NCBI GenBank assembly: GCA_965224705.1
Contig: OZ245056.1
Coordinates: 608,001-672,000, forward strand
Source of the DNA: Spirochaetaceae bacterium
GTDB taxonomy: Bacteria; Spirochaetota; Spirochaetia; DSM-2461
Direction: 5' to 3'
DNA length: 64,000 nt
Both the position numbers and the translations under genes were made by a program. Below, in pieces: positions 38,205 to 49,136 of the stretch (position 1 is the stretch's first letter; each line of letters begins with the position of its first letter). The notes beneath the pieces were generated by a model. The model did no database searches. It saw nothing but the letters and a program-made list of their open reading frames with translations, and had not been told where the DNA came from.

Positions 38205-39247
38205 TGAAGCGAAAACGAAAGAAAATGACAGCCGTATTCATTATTATTTCATTATCCTGTTTTTGCATACAGAATCTTGCTGCCGAAAGTATCAATGGAA
38301 CAACTGTCGGGTTCATTGATGGGAATAGTGATGCAATTGCCTTCAATCTTGAGGATATAGTGGTGATAAATGCTGTATCCATACCGGATCATCAGGAAGG
38401 TATGGAACTTGAGATTGATATTCCGAGAAGACTGCAGGACTACCAGAATAGTTTTGCCCTTATGATATACAGGAGCATTACTCCAGAACCAGGCATGGAT
38501 GTGCGATCATACAATGGGATCCGGGTATATATGAGATTGTTGACTACCAGAGAATCCATGTATCTTCGAATCCCGTTTAATACGCATCATTCCGTCAGTG
38601 GAGATGCTCTTACTCAACTTCTTCCGGTCGCAGTAACTCCTGAGGATTTCCCCCTGCTATTTACCATTCTGCCAGTAGTGAAGGGTATACCGGATATGGT
38701 ATACAATCAGGATTTCACAATACAGGCTTCTCCACTATGGAGAAATGAAGGATTGGTGTCTGTCAGTATCGCCAACTTATCCGGTTCGCCTGAGGAAACG
38801 ATTTTAATCACTATCGATGGGAATGAAGTTTCTCAGAATGAGAAAACTGCATTGGAAACAGGTATACATAAGATTATTGTAAGCAGCACTCATGCCCCCC
38901 TGGTTGAAAAAACAGTCATCGTTGAACCAGGAGAAGAAATTGATATCCCTGTAACGCTTGATTACAGACCTCCTGAACTGACCATAAAAACATTGGATGG
39001 AGCGCAGATTTTTCTGGATGATAATGAAATTCTGTCCGATGACAATGGAATTGAAGTAGACAACAGCATCATTACACTGGAAGTGGAACCAGGGGATCAT
39101 ATTATAACGAGTATACTGGGCGATTATGAGCTATCGAAGAGCTTTTCTATTCGACCCGGGGGGCGAGTCCGCATTGAATTACTATTCGAGATCAAAATTG
39201 CTGAGTATGAAAATGAAAGTGGGAATCCCTATGGCCTGGGAAACTAG
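38201..39247 (+). CDS. Exported hypothetical protein with PEGA-like C-terminal repeats
   Basis: Signal peptide; GAQIFLD and VEPGDHII-type motifs. Confidence 0.65.
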   Translation: MMKRKRKKMTAVFIIISLSCFCIQNLAAESINGTTVGFIDGNSDAIAFNLEDIVVINAVSIPDHQEGMELEIDIPRRLQDYQNSFALMIYRSITPEPGMDVRSYNGIRVYMRLLTTRESMYLRIPFNTHHSVSGDALTQLLPVAVTPEDFPLLFTILPVVKGIPDMVYNQDFTIQASPLWRNEGLVSVSIANLSGSPEETILITIDGNEVSQNEKTALETGIHKIIVSSTHAPLVEKTVIVEPGEEIDIPVTLDYRPPELTIKTLDGAQIFLDDNEILSDDNGIEVDNSIITLEVEPGDHIITSILGDYELSKSFSIRPGGRVRIELLFEIKIAEYENESGNPYGLGN

Positions 39248-39387
39248 TGTTTTTGTAGATTTATTCCTGTTATTTTTCATGTTTTTCTAAGTTTAATGCC
39301 TCAAAGTGCCGAGAATCATCATGTCGGGTAACCGGGGTAGTACCCCTCCCAGTTCACTATGCCGGGTATCTGATCCCATTTATGGGT

Positions 39388-39420
39388 GGCTGGCCTTCGG
39401 GCCGGCCTTTGCTTTTTTTT
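39388..39420 (+). terminator. Intrinsic terminator
   Basis: GGCTGGCC-TTCG-GGCCGGCC followed by a T-rich tract. Confidence 0.8.
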
Positions 39421-39422
39421 GT

Positions 39423-39480
39423 AGTGTCAGAAAGCCTGTAAAACCCTCTTCAACCCATCCCGGGAGTCCAATCTCATCCT
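39423..39480. mobile_element. Isolated end of a family A IS element
   Basis: AGTGTCAGAAAGCCTGTAAAACCCTCTTCAACCCAT matches the reverse complement of about 1385-1433. Confidence 0.75.
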
Positions 39481-39577
39481 GAACCTTCCCATACAGCGGA
39501 TCATAACGACCAGTGGACTCGCATACCGAAGAGAGTGCCGGGCGATAGCAGGAAAAGCCGCATCAGATTAATTCCTG

Positions 39578-41704
39578 CTACTGCTGTGTGTTGGAGTTGT
39601 TAAACCAGAAATACTCCAGATCTCCCAGAACCGATTGAGTTGATTTAATGGATTTAAACACCGGCGGCAGGGCATCAAGAAACAACTTCCCATAAGCCTT
39701 ATGAATTATACGGGAATCAAGAACGAAGACGGCACCATAATCATCTGTCCGTCGCATGAGACGCCCGAACCCCTGACGGAATCGGGTGATGGCAGCAGGA
39801 ATGGTGAATTCCAGGAAGGCATTCCCACCGGAAGCAGTAATGGCATCCCGTCGTGCCCGGGATACTGGTTCGGACGGGGATTTGAACGGCAAACGTGTAA
39901 TGATAACCATTCGAAGAGAATCACCGGGAATATCAACTCCTTCCCAGAACGAATCAGTGGCAAACAGCACACTGGACGAATCCTCCCGGAACCGTTTAAG
40001 AAGCCGACTCCTGCTTTCATCTCCCTGAGCAAGAAGCCGGAGACCCCCACTCCCCAGGCAGGCACGAACACCTTTAATTGTCACTCTCAGAGTTTCAAAC
40101 GAGGTAAAGAGTATCAGTGCATGTCCCCCTGTCAGATCCAGAATGCTTGCTATTGTCTCAACAAGATATGTCTCCCAGACATTTTTTTCACCGGGGAACG
40201 GGGAATCATCCGGTACGCCAAGCATCACACGGGATGAGAAATCAAATGGCGAATGATAAATACCTTCCAGTGGGTTAAATGAATCTGAATCGGCCCCAAT
40301 ACGGGATCGCCAATGCTTGAAACTACCTCCCAAACTCAAAGTAGCCGATACGGTAATAACCGTTCCATAGGATTCCCAGATTGCTTCTCTCACAATACTG
40401 GCCACCGACAGGGGGGCCCGTTTTGAATGAAGCTGCTCAATTCCATCCGTCGTTCGGTGCAATTCCAGCCAGAATACCTGCTCTGGATGTTTCGTTCTAT
40501 TGAGAAACGTATCAATAATATCTGCGGCTTCTTCAAGACCTCCAACAGCCTGCTCTACTTCTATTGACAAACCCTGAAGCTCAATATCGGGATTGTCGCT
40601 TTTTAATCCATTGATTCCATCTTTGAGATCATTGGTCAGTTTAATCAGAGCTTCCCGGAGATTTCTCATAGGTTCAAGTAGTTTAATTTTCTCAAGGGTT
40701 CCAGGTTCATCGGTCAGGTGCAGGGGTGATGAATCAGCAAATAATGCAGGAGCACTGATATCAAGGATTTCCGCTGCTGCCTGGGCCTTATTCACAAGCT
40801 TTGGGATTACTCCTGTCAAGAACTCATTTAACTGCGGTTTTTTCATGGCAATGCTTTTAAGCAGACCACTGATATGCCGTCCTTTTTTACGATACAGCCG
40901 ATTAAAAAGACGTTTCAATGAAGAGGAAGAAATCACGGCCGTAAACAGTGCTGTTGCCCCATTCTCAATGTGATGGGCTTCGTCAAAGATTATGCATTGA
41001 CAGGCTGGTAAGACCGCTGTTTCATCCTGACTTCCTCCGTTTCGCCGTGCAGCTTGATCCGCAAATAGAAGATGGTGATTGGATACCAGAATGGATGCAC
41101 TGGCCGCCTGTCTTCTGGCCCTCATGAAAAAACACGGCTCATAATATGGACACAGCATTCCCGGACATGAATCTGTTTCACAGCAAACCCGCTCCCGGAT
41201 TCCTTTGCCTGGTTGAAATGCAAGCTCAGAGAATTCACCACTGCTCGTTTCATCGGCCCACTGACGCAATTCTGTCAGCTCATTTTCCATTTCAGGGAAA
41301 TCATCGCCTGCTCCTGCCTCATTCAGACGCTTCAGGCAGAGATAGTTTCCCCTGCCAACAACCAGAACTGTTTTTACATCCCTGCCTGTGAGCTTCTTCG
41401 CCAGAGGAATATCTTTATCCATCAACTGCTGCTGCAATGCAATGGTAGCCGTAGAAATAACCACCCGTCCCTCATTGTTAGCAGCCCATTCAAGTGCTGG
41501 TAAAAGGTAGGCAAGGGATTTACCAACTCCGGTACCGGCTTCAATAATCAGTGGCCGGGACTCGTCAAACGACTGACTGACACTCTTGAGCATGGATATC
41601 TGTTCGGGGCGGAATTCACAGGATTCGAGATAGTTACCAAGACCTCCTTCTAAAGTTAAAAGGTCTGAAAGATCTCGTTTCACAGGATTATTGTCGGCTG
41701 GCAT
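39578..41704 (-). CDS. DinG/YoaA family ATP-dependent helicase
   Basis: EAGTGVGKS, GRGNYLC, Fe-S Cys cluster, DEAH, SATL, FWEGVD, QGFGRLMR. Confidence 0.93.
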   Translation of the reverse strand: MPADNNPVKRDLSDLLTLEGGLGNYLESCEFRPEQISMLKSVSQSFDESRPLIIEAGTGVGKSLAYLLPALEWAANNEGRVVISTATIALQQQLMDKDIPLAKKLTGRDVKTVLVVGRGNYLCLKRLNEAGAGDDFPEMENELTELRQWADETSSGEFSELAFQPGKGIRERVCCETDSCPGMLCPYYEPCFFMRARRQAASASILVSNHHLLFADQAARRNGGSQDETAVLPACQCIIFDEAHHIENGATALFTAVISSSSLKRLFNRLYRKKGRHISGLLKSIAMKKPQLNEFLTGVIPKLVNKAQAAAEILDISAPALFADSSPLHLTDEPGTLEKIKLLEPMRNLREALIKLTNDLKDGINGLKSDNPDIELQGLSIEVEQAVGGLEEAADIIDTFLNRTKHPEQVFWLELHRTTDGIEQLHSKRAPLSVASIVREAIWESYGTVITVSATLSLGGSFKHWRSRIGADSDSFNPLEGIYHSPFDFSSRVMLGVPDDSPFPGEKNVWETYLVETIASILDLTGGHALILFTSFETLRVTIKGVRACLGSGGLRLLAQGDESRSRLLKRFREDSSSVLFATDSFWEGVDIPGDSLRMVIITRLPFKSPSEPVSRARRDAITASGGNAFLEFTIPAAITRFRQGFGRLMRRTDDYGAVFVLDSRIIHKAYGKLFLDALPPVFKSIKSTQSVLGDLEYFWFNNSNTQQ

Positions 41705-41985
41705 AGAGACTTCTCCAAACTCAAAGCATGATTCCCGGGTGCCTCTTAAAAACTCGCTTCCTGAAAACAGCGAATAAATCCTATCTGGATGCAAGGTGGG
41801 TTGAAGTCTGTAACAATCCTCTGCCTAATGCAATAAACAGGACTCAAAGAAAGGTACATTCGCTCATATCTCACTCTACGGATGATATTATTTCCTTTTT
41901 ACCCATAGAAGCAATACAAAGCCTTGACCTTAAATATCTTTTAGGACTAGGTTCTCTCCTAATAATATTCACAGGATGTACTACA

Positions 41986-43074
41986 ATGGAACATAAGATT
42001 CCCGTTGCCATATTGGGAGCAACCGGAACGGTTGGACAGAAATTTATCTTGCTTCTGCAAAATCACCCCTGGTTCAAAATCACAGAATTAGTGGCCTCTC
42101 ATCGTTCGGCAGGAAAACCTTATGCCGAAGTTTGCCAATGGAAACAAACAGTGCCCATCCCGGACTACCTTGTCCGCAAAACTGTTCTCAATTCCGGCAC
42201 GGAACTCAAGAGCAGAATTCTGTTTTCAGGCATAGAATCATCCGCTGTCGGATTGCTGGAGAGAGAATATGCAGAAAAAGGTCATGTAGTTGTTTCCAAC
42301 ACAAGTAACCATCGCATGGATCACGATGTTCCCCTGATTATTCCAGAGATAAATCCTGATCATTTCGAGCTGACAAAGAAACAGAATTATTCCGGTGCTA
42401 TTATCACCAATTCCAACTGCGTCGTTATGCCGATGATCATGGCATTGGCTCCGCTGAAAGATGCTTTTGGTATTCAGTGGGTTAATGCTACCTCAATGCA
42501 GGCGATCAGTGGAGCAGGTTATCCAGGAGTATCTGCCTATGATATTCTGGGCAATATAGTTCCCTATATTGGCAATGAAGAACCAAAAGTAGAAGAAGAA
42601 GGACAGAAAATTCTTGGTACGATGAATAACGACCGCATCGATCCGGCAGATTTCATTGTGAGTGCCCAATGCAACAGAGTACCTGTACTTGACAGTCATA
42701 CCGCAACTTTGAGTATAAAACTTAAAAATCCTCCCCGATCAATAGAAGAAGTGAAAAAAACTTTGTTGGAATGGGAAGGCAAACCCCAGGCAAAAAAACT
42801 CCCGTCTTCACCACCCTCCCCTTTGATCATTTTCGAAGAAGAAGACAGGCCTCAACCAATTTGGGACAGCAATCTGGCTGGAGGAATGTCCATCTGTGTT
42901 GGAAGGATTCGAAAATGTCCTATTGGGGATGTTAAAATGGTCGTGATGGGGCATAACACTATTCGCGGTGCTGCCGGAGCTGCCATAATCAATGCTGAAG
43001 CCTATGTCAATCTAGGCTATCTAAAAGACAATCGGAAGGAAGCATCCATAATCAAAACTCAGCTCACGGCATAG
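41986..43074 (+). CDS. asd: Aspartate-semialdehyde dehydrogenase
   Basis: LGATGTVGQ, TNSNC, QAISGAG, CNRVPV, GHNTIRGAAG. Confidence 0.95.
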   Translation: MEHKIPVAILGATGTVGQKFILLLQNHPWFKITELVASHRSAGKPYAEVCQWKQTVPIPDYLVRKTVLNSGTELKSRILFSGIESSAVGLLEREYAEKGHVVVSNTSNHRMDHDVPLIIPEINPDHFELTKKQNYSGAIITNSNCVVMPMIMALAPLKDAFGIQWVNATSMQAISGAGYPGVSAYDILGNIVPYIGNEEPKVEEEGQKILGTMNNDRIDPADFIVSAQCNRVPVLDSHTATLSIKLKNPPRSIEEVKKTLLEWEGKPQAKKLPSSPPSPLIIFEEEDRPQPIWDSNLAGGMSICVGRIRKCPIGDVKMVVMGHNTIRGAAGAAIINAEAYVNLGYLKDNRKEASIIKTQLTA

Positions 43075-43433
43075 CCATCCAGGAAGGCCTGCAGCAGGGC
43101 AATTCCCAGGTAGAGGATGAGACTCAAAACGGTTGCAAGCAATGAAAGGATAATGGGTAATAACTCCAGTTTTCTACTGATTGGCAGAGTGGCCAGTGTG
43201 GTTATAGCCGATAGAAATCCTGCAACAGCTGTAAGAGAGAGTATGCGGAATTCGATGTCGAAAAGGATGATTAAGGTTCTATCAGTGAATCCCTGCATGT
43301 TGCCCAACAGATAGAAATACAGGATGAAGAGAGAAGTACCCATCAGCAAAAAAGTAGTACGGCCGCATAGTTTCGGCAGCCAGATTTCTCGAAATCTGAA
43401 GCGGCTGGAATTCATAAGTCTATCATCGTCCAT
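43059..43433 (-). CDS. Small hypothetical membrane protein
   Basis: Three hydrophobic segments. Confidence 0.55.
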   Translation of the reverse strand: MDDDRLMNSSRFRFREIWLPKLCGRTTFLLMGTSLFILYFYLLGNMQGFTDRTLIILFDIEFRILSLTAVAGFLSAITTLATLPISRKLELLPIILSLLATVLSLILYLGIALLQAFLDGYAVS

Positions 43434-43456
43434 AATCCTGAGTTACAATAGAGTCA

Positions 43457-44347
43457 ATGAATGAATCCACTGTCAACTCTATTGTAAACAGTCTCACACC
43501 CCTGCACCCTCTGTCTACAGATCTGTGCAATAAGCTGTATATTCCTGCTGACATACGTGCGGTTCTCTTTGATGTCTATGGAACACTTCTTATATCCGGA
43601 AGTGGTGATATCGGTACATTGGAACCATGGTCAAATACGGAAAAGCTGTCCCGAATTCTTCATGAATCGGGATATCCATCCTCATCCAACGAAATGGAAA
43701 ACATTGTACCGGCCATGCTCAAAGAGGTGATCGGAAAGCATCATCATCAATCCAGACTCAGGGGTACAGATTTTCCAGAAGTCGATATACGCGAAATCTG
43801 GTCTGAAGTACTCGATATTCTCCGGGAAAAAGGACTCCTCGACTGCGAACCGGAACAGGGGGATATTGATACTCTTGCCTTGAGATATGAAACAGTGGTC
43901 AATCCCGTATGGCCAATGCCTGGATTCCCGGATATCAACAAAAAACTCAGTCAGAATCATTTCAAACTGGGCATTGTATCTAATGCTCAATTCTACACCC
44001 CTATTCTCATGGAAGCTTTAGCAGACAGCTCATTGAGCCAGATAGGATTCCTCCCCGAACTATGCGAGTGGTCTTACCAGTTGAGGAAAGCAAAACCATC
44101 CCCGGACATCTTCACTAAACCATTGAATTCACTTAAAACTATGGGGATATCATCTGAGGAAGTTCTCTTTGTAGGGAATGATATGCTTAATGATGTACTG
44201 ACAGCATCGAAATCTGGATGCCGAACCTGTCTTTTTGCCGGGGACAGGCGTTCCCTTAAACTCAGAGAAGCCGAAATTGGGGAAAACTTTGAACCGGACA
44301 TGGTGATAAATGATCTCTCATTATTAGAATGCTTGATACCGGTGTGA
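43457..44347 (+). CDS. HAD family hydrolase
   Basis: FDVYGTL, IVSNAQ, KPSP, VGNDMLND. Confidence 0.9.
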   Translation: MNESTVNSIVNSLTPLHPLSTDLCNKLYIPADIRAVLFDVYGTLLISGSGDIGTLEPWSNTEKLSRILHESGYPSSSNEMENIVPAMLKEVIGKHHHQSRLRGTDFPEVDIREIWSEVLDILREKGLLDCEPEQGDIDTLALRYETVVNPVWPMPGFPDINKKLSQNHFKLGIVSNAQFYTPILMEALADSSLSQIGFLPELCEWSYQLRKAKPSPDIFTKPLNSLKTMGISSEEVLFVGNDMLNDVLTASKSGCRTCLFAGDRRSLKLREAEIGENFEPDMVINDLSLLECLIPV

Positions 44348-44360
44348 GGAGGCTGGATTA

Positions 44361-45242
44361 ATGAGAAAACAGAACAAGTTGGAAAAAACGCCTCGCAGGA
44401 AAAATCTCAAAGCTCAGTTTCTTATTATATTCCTCCTGATTATTATAATCTCTGGAGGAACATTTTACTTCGGCTGGGTTCAATTCAGCCTGGACGCCGG
44501 CGAATATGGTGTTATTTATACTAAAACCAGTGGATGGGATCATGAAATTGTAAGAAATGGAGAATTCTCCTGGCGTTGGGAAGCTTTATTGCCGACGAAT
44601 CTTACTCTTCATATATTAAAATCCACCATGCAGACTATTGAAATCAAAAAAACAGGCTCACTCCCATCGGGCAAACTTTTCAGCAAGCTTGCTGGTGAAG
44701 GTGCTGAGTTTGACTGGAAAATCCATGCAAGAGTCAACTACAGGATAATTCCGGAGACTATACCGACACTGGTATCCGAAGGACTGGTTGTTGATTCTCT
44801 GGAAGATCTGTACCCCGAATATGAATCACGTATAGAACGTGAATTGATACAGTTTGTCAATGCGAAAATCATTTCTTTAGATATCGATGCTGTAGAAAAG
44901 CAGCTAAAAACCTACTTGAACACAATAGATGATAAAATGGGTGTCATCAATGTCAGCATTGTTAACTGGTATTTCCCGGACAAAGATCTCTATGATGAAA
45001 CTAAACGACTCATGCTCAAGCATATCAAGGAACGCCAGGCCGTACTGGCAGAAATTGAAGATGCCAGACTGCGCAGAGATGATAATCTGGATGAAACTTT
45101 GAGTAGAATGTCCCGATATGGAGAGGTACTCACAGCTCATCCAATACTACTGGATTATTTCTCCATACAGAACAATCTCGAATCATTCTTTGATCCTTCT
45201 CAAGAATTGATCCCTGTAATTCCAGAGAGATCTGATGAGTAA
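44361..45242 (+). CDS. Membrane-anchored hypothetical protein (SPFH-like architecture)
   Basis: N-terminal TM, beta-rich domain, helical C-terminus. Confidence 0.6.
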   Translation: MRKQNKLEKTPRRKNLKAQFLIIFLLIIIISGGTFYFGWVQFSLDAGEYGVIYTKTSGWDHEIVRNGEFSWRWEALLPTNLTLHILKSTMQTIEIKKTGSLPSGKLFSKLAGEGAEFDWKIHARVNYRIIPETIPTLVSEGLVVDSLEDLYPEYESRIERELIQFVNAKIISLDIDAVEKQLKTYLNTIDDKMGVINVSIVNWYFPDKDLYDETKRLMLKHIKERQAVLAEIEDARLRRDDNLDETLSRMSRYGEVLTAHPILLDYFSIQNNLESFFDPSQELIPVIPERSDE

Positions 45243-45845
45243 AAACCGACCAGATTTTACTTCAATTCTGACTCTGGATGAGACCATTCTATTACTGAGG
45301 CTCATTAAACCGTCAGCCCAGTTGACATGATTCAGTTCCCATCGCAGCCCCTGACTATCAGCCTTCCATGGGCCCCTGCCAATTGGGTAAACTGACAGGA
45401 TCCCATCTGGTTTCCCAATGAAACTCAGCCTGTCCTCAACAACACAAACAACTTCTCGTTCAGTGAACCATAGTATATCTGATGACTCACTGTCTTCCAG
45501 TATTTTTACCAGAGCCAGTGTATGATCCAGACGCCCTTCGCCGCCGCCAATAATGATAATTGAATCACACCCTCTTCGCCGCAGCCAGGCTATACCAATT
45601 TCCGTGTCCGTAACATCTTTATCCACAGAACTTTTCTCGATATTCTCTTGAGAGAAATTCCCTAACAATTCCAGATTGGAAAGTGAATCCATATCACCAA
45701 CAACCGCTTCAGGTTTTATTCCACAGGCTATTGCAGCTTCCAGTCCAGAATCCGCAGCACAGATTATGTCACCTTTCCGAATTATTCCCGCAATTTGCCC
45801 CTGTGAAGGGCCGCTGCCTCCCGTGAATAAAATTCCTGCAGGCAT
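45183..45845 (-). CDS. thiN: Thiamine diphosphokinase
   Basis: AADSG, VGDMDS, KDVTDTE, GGGEGRLDH, GLRW, LSN. Confidence 0.9.
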   Translation of the reverse strand: MPAGILFTGGSGPSQGQIAGIIRKGDIICAADSGLEAAIACGIKPEAVVGDMDSLSNLELLGNFSQENIEKSSVDKDVTDTEIGIAWLRRRGCDSIIIIGGGEGRLDHTLALVKILEDSESSDILWFTEREVVCVVEDRLSFIGKPDGILSVYPIGRGPWKADSQGLRWELNHVNWADGLMSLSNRMVSSRVRIEVKSGRFLLIRSLWNYRDQFLRRIKE

Positions 45846-46007
45846 ACAATATTTCCTCCACTGAATTACCTTCTGGTATGATTGAAAGCATTTTTTCCGA
45901 TTCTGGCTGGATTTTCCCATTGCTGCAACCTTGCATCAACAAGAATTCTTTTTGCAAGATTCATACGCCGCTTCATTGAAGCATTCCTTCGTATACCAAT
46001 ATTAAAC

Positions 46008-46034
46008 TAAAAACCCTTCAAAACATACCGATAG
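46008..46034 (+). promoter_or_regulatory. sigma28 promoter of flagellin
   Basis: TAAA-N16-CCGATAG. Confidence 0.8.
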
Positions 46035-46042
46035 TCAAAATA

Positions 46043-46095
46043 GTGGATAAGGATGTCCACGTAATTTCAGGTTGATTAAACATCAAGGAGGATGT
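46043..46095 (+). promoter_or_regulatory. Two putative CsrA-binding hairpins in the flaB leader
   Basis: GTGGATA-AGGA-TGTCCAC and ACATC-AAGGAG-GATGT (the second overlaps the RBS). Confidence 0.7.
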
Positions 46096-46096
46096 C

Positions 46097-46957
46097 ATGA
46101 TCATCAATCATAATATGAGTGCTCTTTTTGCTTCCCGCCAGAACAAAATTCATAATTTTGGCATAAAGCAAAGTATGGAAAAGCTCTCATCCGGTTATCG
46201 TATTAACCGTGCCGGAGATGATGCGTCCGGTTTGGCTGTATCCGAAAAGATGCGGTCACAAATCAGAGGACTCCATCAGGCAAGCCGGAATGCTGCCGAT
46301 GGGATTTCTTTCATTCAGACCACTGAAGGCTATCTCCAGGGATCTTCGGATCTCCTTCAAAGAATCAGAGAACTGGCAGTTCAAGCATCAAACGGTATTT
46401 ACAGTTCTGAGGATCGCATGCAGATTCAAGTGGAGGTATCCCAGCTCGTCGATGAGATCGACCGCATTGCTTCTCATGCTCAATTCAACGGCATGAATAT
46501 GCTGACTGGCCGTTTCGCCCGAGGTATTGGATTCAACTCGATTACAGCTTCAATGTGGGTGCATATTGGTGCAAACATGGATCAGAGGGAACGGATCTAC
46601 ATTGGAACAATGACTGCGGGCAGCCTGGGTGTCAAGCAGGTGGGATCAGGATCGATTATATCCCTATCCACACCTGAACTGGCAAATCGAAACATCGCTG
46701 TACTGGACTCCGCACTTAAGAAAATCAACAAGCAGCGGGCTGATCTTGGTGCGTATCAGAATCGTATGGAACTGGCCGTGAAGAGTCTTGATATTGGTGC
46801 AGAGAATCTACAGGCATCCGAATCCCATATCCGGGATCAAAATATGGCTGATTCAACCGTAGAGCTGACAAGATCTCAGATTCTGAATCAGGCTTCCACG
46901 GCTATGCTTGCTCAGGCAAATCAACAGACCCAACTGGTTCTCCAACTGTTGCAGTAA
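46097..46957 (+). CDS. flaB: Flagellar filament core protein
   Basis: [51 protein letters not shown]. Confidence 0.97.
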   Translation: MIINHNMSALFASRQNKIHNFGIKQSMEKLSSGYRINRAGDDASGLAVSEKMRSQIRGLHQASRNAADGISFIQTTEGYLQGSSDLLQRIRELAVQASNGIYSSEDRMQIQVEVSQLVDEIDRIASHAQFNGMNMLTGRFARGIGFNSITASMWVHIGANMDQRERIYIGTMTAGSLGVKQVGSGSIISLSTPELANRNIAVLDSALKKINKQRADLGAYQNRMELAVKSLDIGAENLQASESHIRDQNMADSTVELTRSQILNQASTAMLAQANQQTQLVLQLLQ

Positions 46958-46993
46958 AAATCCGAGCGACAATTATAAGAATTCATGGATGAT

Positions 46994-47021
46994 AGCCCCG
47001 ATCGAAAGATCGGGGTTTTTT
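46994..47021 (+). terminator. Intrinsic terminator after flaB
   Basis: AGCCCCGATC-GAAA-GATCGGGGTT followed by T tract. Confidence 0.9.
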
Positions 47022-47062
47022 ACATTATGATCACTCCTGTGGGAACTGACTTGACCGATTGA

Positions 47063-48370
47063 ATGAGCATTGTTAGTTTCCTGTATATGGAAAAATCTCC
47101 TGCTCCAATACCCCACGATCTCAAAAAAGTCTCCCGAATTTTCCGCAGATCAGGCTACCAGTGCTGGCTGGTAGGAGGAGCCGTACGGAGTGGATTATTG
47201 GGCCGAGAAACCAATGATTTCGACCTGGCTACCGATGCTGAACCAGAAGAAACAGCAAAACTGTTCCATCGAACAATACCTACAGGAATCAAGCATGGAA
47301 CGATTACCATAATTATGGGTTCCCATCAATTTGAAACAACCACTTTTCGCAGCGATGGTCATTACAGTGATGGCCGCAGACCAGACAAAGTAGCCTTTTC
47401 AAAAAGTATCATCGCCGATCTGGCCAGGAGAGACTTCACTATCAATGCAATAGCCTGGGATTTGATTAATCACAGGATTCTTGATCTCCACAACGGTAGA
47501 AATGATCTGGAACAGAGAGTGATTCGAGCCATAGGTGATCCTGCCAGGCGCTTTGATGAGGATGCTCTGCGTATAATCCGTGCATGTCGGTTGTCCGCCC
47601 AGCTGGGTTTTACGATTGCTTCTGAGACTCTGCAGGCAATCAATCCTGACAGCATCAGAAGCCTATCAGTAGAACGTGTATGGGATGAACTGAAAAAGAT
47701 TCTGACAACTCCCACACCGTCAGCAGCATTCCAGTTATTTATTAAAACAGGACTGCTCAAAGCCTTGTTTCCTGAATTCCACGCTGACAATTCTTACCTG
47801 CCGTCCTTTTTTAAAAAAAGCTTGGCCATATTCGATACCATCCCTTCTCAGAGATTCCATGTCCGCGCGGCTTTGCTCTTCTACAATGAAGAAAAATCTG
47901 CCGAGGAGAATAAAGCCACTGCCGCAAAGATTCTCAAACGCTTCAAAGCATCAAATGCGGACATCGACAAAATCAGCAGACTGATCAGTTATCATGAACT
48001 GCGGTATGAAAGCAGTTGGCCTGACTCAGACGTGCGGTGCTTTATCAGGCAGATTGGCACAGATATATTGGACGATCTCCTCCTCCTTCATAAAACCGTG
48101 GCCGGAAATCTTAAAAACGATTCATCGCATCAGATTGAGCTTCTTGAAGAGTTACATGGCCGAATTCAAATAATCCGTGCACGCAAAGACCCGTTAACAA
48201 TACAGGATCTGGATATCGATGGGCACATCCTTATGGAAGAGTTGGATTTACCCCCCTCACCCATAATCGGAAGGTTACTCAACTACCTGTTAACCTGTGT
48301 CATGGAGGATACAGAGAGAAATAAAAGGCATCTTCTTATGGATATGGCCAGGAGGTGGCTGACGGATTAA
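47063..48370 (+). CDS. CCA-adding tRNA nucleotidyltransferase / poly(A) polymerase family
   Basis: LVGGAVR, DFDLAT, DLARRDFTINA, EDALRIIRA, SVERV. Confidence 0.92.
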   Translation: MSIVSFLYMEKSPAPIPHDLKKVSRIFRRSGYQCWLVGGAVRSGLLGRETNDFDLATDAEPEETAKLFHRTIPTGIKHGTITIIMGSHQFETTTFRSDGHYSDGRRPDKVAFSKSIIADLARRDFTINAIAWDLINHRILDLHNGRNDLEQRVIRAIGDPARRFDEDALRIIRACRLSAQLGFTIASETLQAINPDSIRSLSVERVWDELKKILTTPTPSAAFQLFIKTGLLKALFPEFHADNSYLPSFFKKSLAIFDTIPSQRFHVRAALLFYNEEKSAEENKATAAKILKRFKASNADIDKISRLISYHELRYESSWPDSDVRCFIRQIGTDILDDLLLLHKTVAGNLKNDSSHQIELLEELHGRIQIIRARKDPLTIQDLDIDGHILMEELDLPPSPIIGRLLNYLLTCVMEDTERNKRHLLMDMARRWLTD

Positions 48371-49134
48371 TTGTCCTTTCCATGACCAGCTAAATGCTCC
48401 CAGGCCATCTGAGCAACTTTCTGTTCAGCAGATTTCTTGCTGGTACCGGAACCAGGCCCATAAGACACCTCGTTGACAAGTACTGTTATCCAGAATGTCT
48501 GTTGATGATCGGGGCCTGTTTTTTTATCGAGGATGTATTTTGGGCAGGAATGATAGCGTTTCTGAGCGAATTCCTGCAGCAGTGTCTTGTAGTTTTTCTT
48601 ATGCCTGTCTTCAATTACGGATTCAATCAAATTCTTGAAGCAGCGAAGTACAAATTTTGATGCTTTACTGTAACCGGCATCCAGATACCATGCACCAATC
48701 AAAGCTTCCATGCTGTCAGAAAGAAGGGCTTTTTTCTGACGTCCTCCAGACAGCTCCTCGCCCCTGCCAACTCGAACGATGGAATCTATGCCGATTTGCA
48801 AAGCGACTGTGACCAATGAATCTTCACTAACCACATGAGATTTAATCCGTGCCAGATCCCCCTCCGGCCTGCTGATTAGAAGCCGAAACAGGTAATCAGC
48901 GACAACTAACCCAAGAACGGAGTCACCAAGAAACTCAAGGCGCTCATTGTTGTCTATCTCCTCGCTTGTTTCATTGACAAACGAACGGTGACAGAATGCG
49001 AGATCCAGCAGTTCAATTCTTTTGAATTTCAATCCGATTTTTTTTTGGAATTGAAGTAACTCTCTCTGACGTACCGATGTTACCTTTGGGGTTCTAAATG
49101 TCGACACATCAGAACCCGCGGCAAATGAAAACAC
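48367..49134 (-). CDS. rnc: Ribonuclease III
   Basis: NERLEFLGDSVLG and a dsRBD. Confidence 0.97.
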   Translation of the reverse strand: MFSFAAGSDVSTFRTPKVTSVRQRELLQFQKKIGLKFKRIELLDLAFCHRSFVNETSEEIDNNERLEFLGDSVLGLVVADYLFRLLISRPEGDLARIKSHVVSEDSLVTVALQIGIDSIVRVGRGEELSGGRQKKALLSDSMEALIGAWYLDAGYSKASKFVLRCFKNLIESVIEDRHKKNYKTLLQEFAQKRYHSCPKYILDKKTGPDHQQTFWITVLVNEVSYGPGSGTSKKSAEQKVAQMAWEHLAGHGKDN

Positions 49135-49136
49135 AT

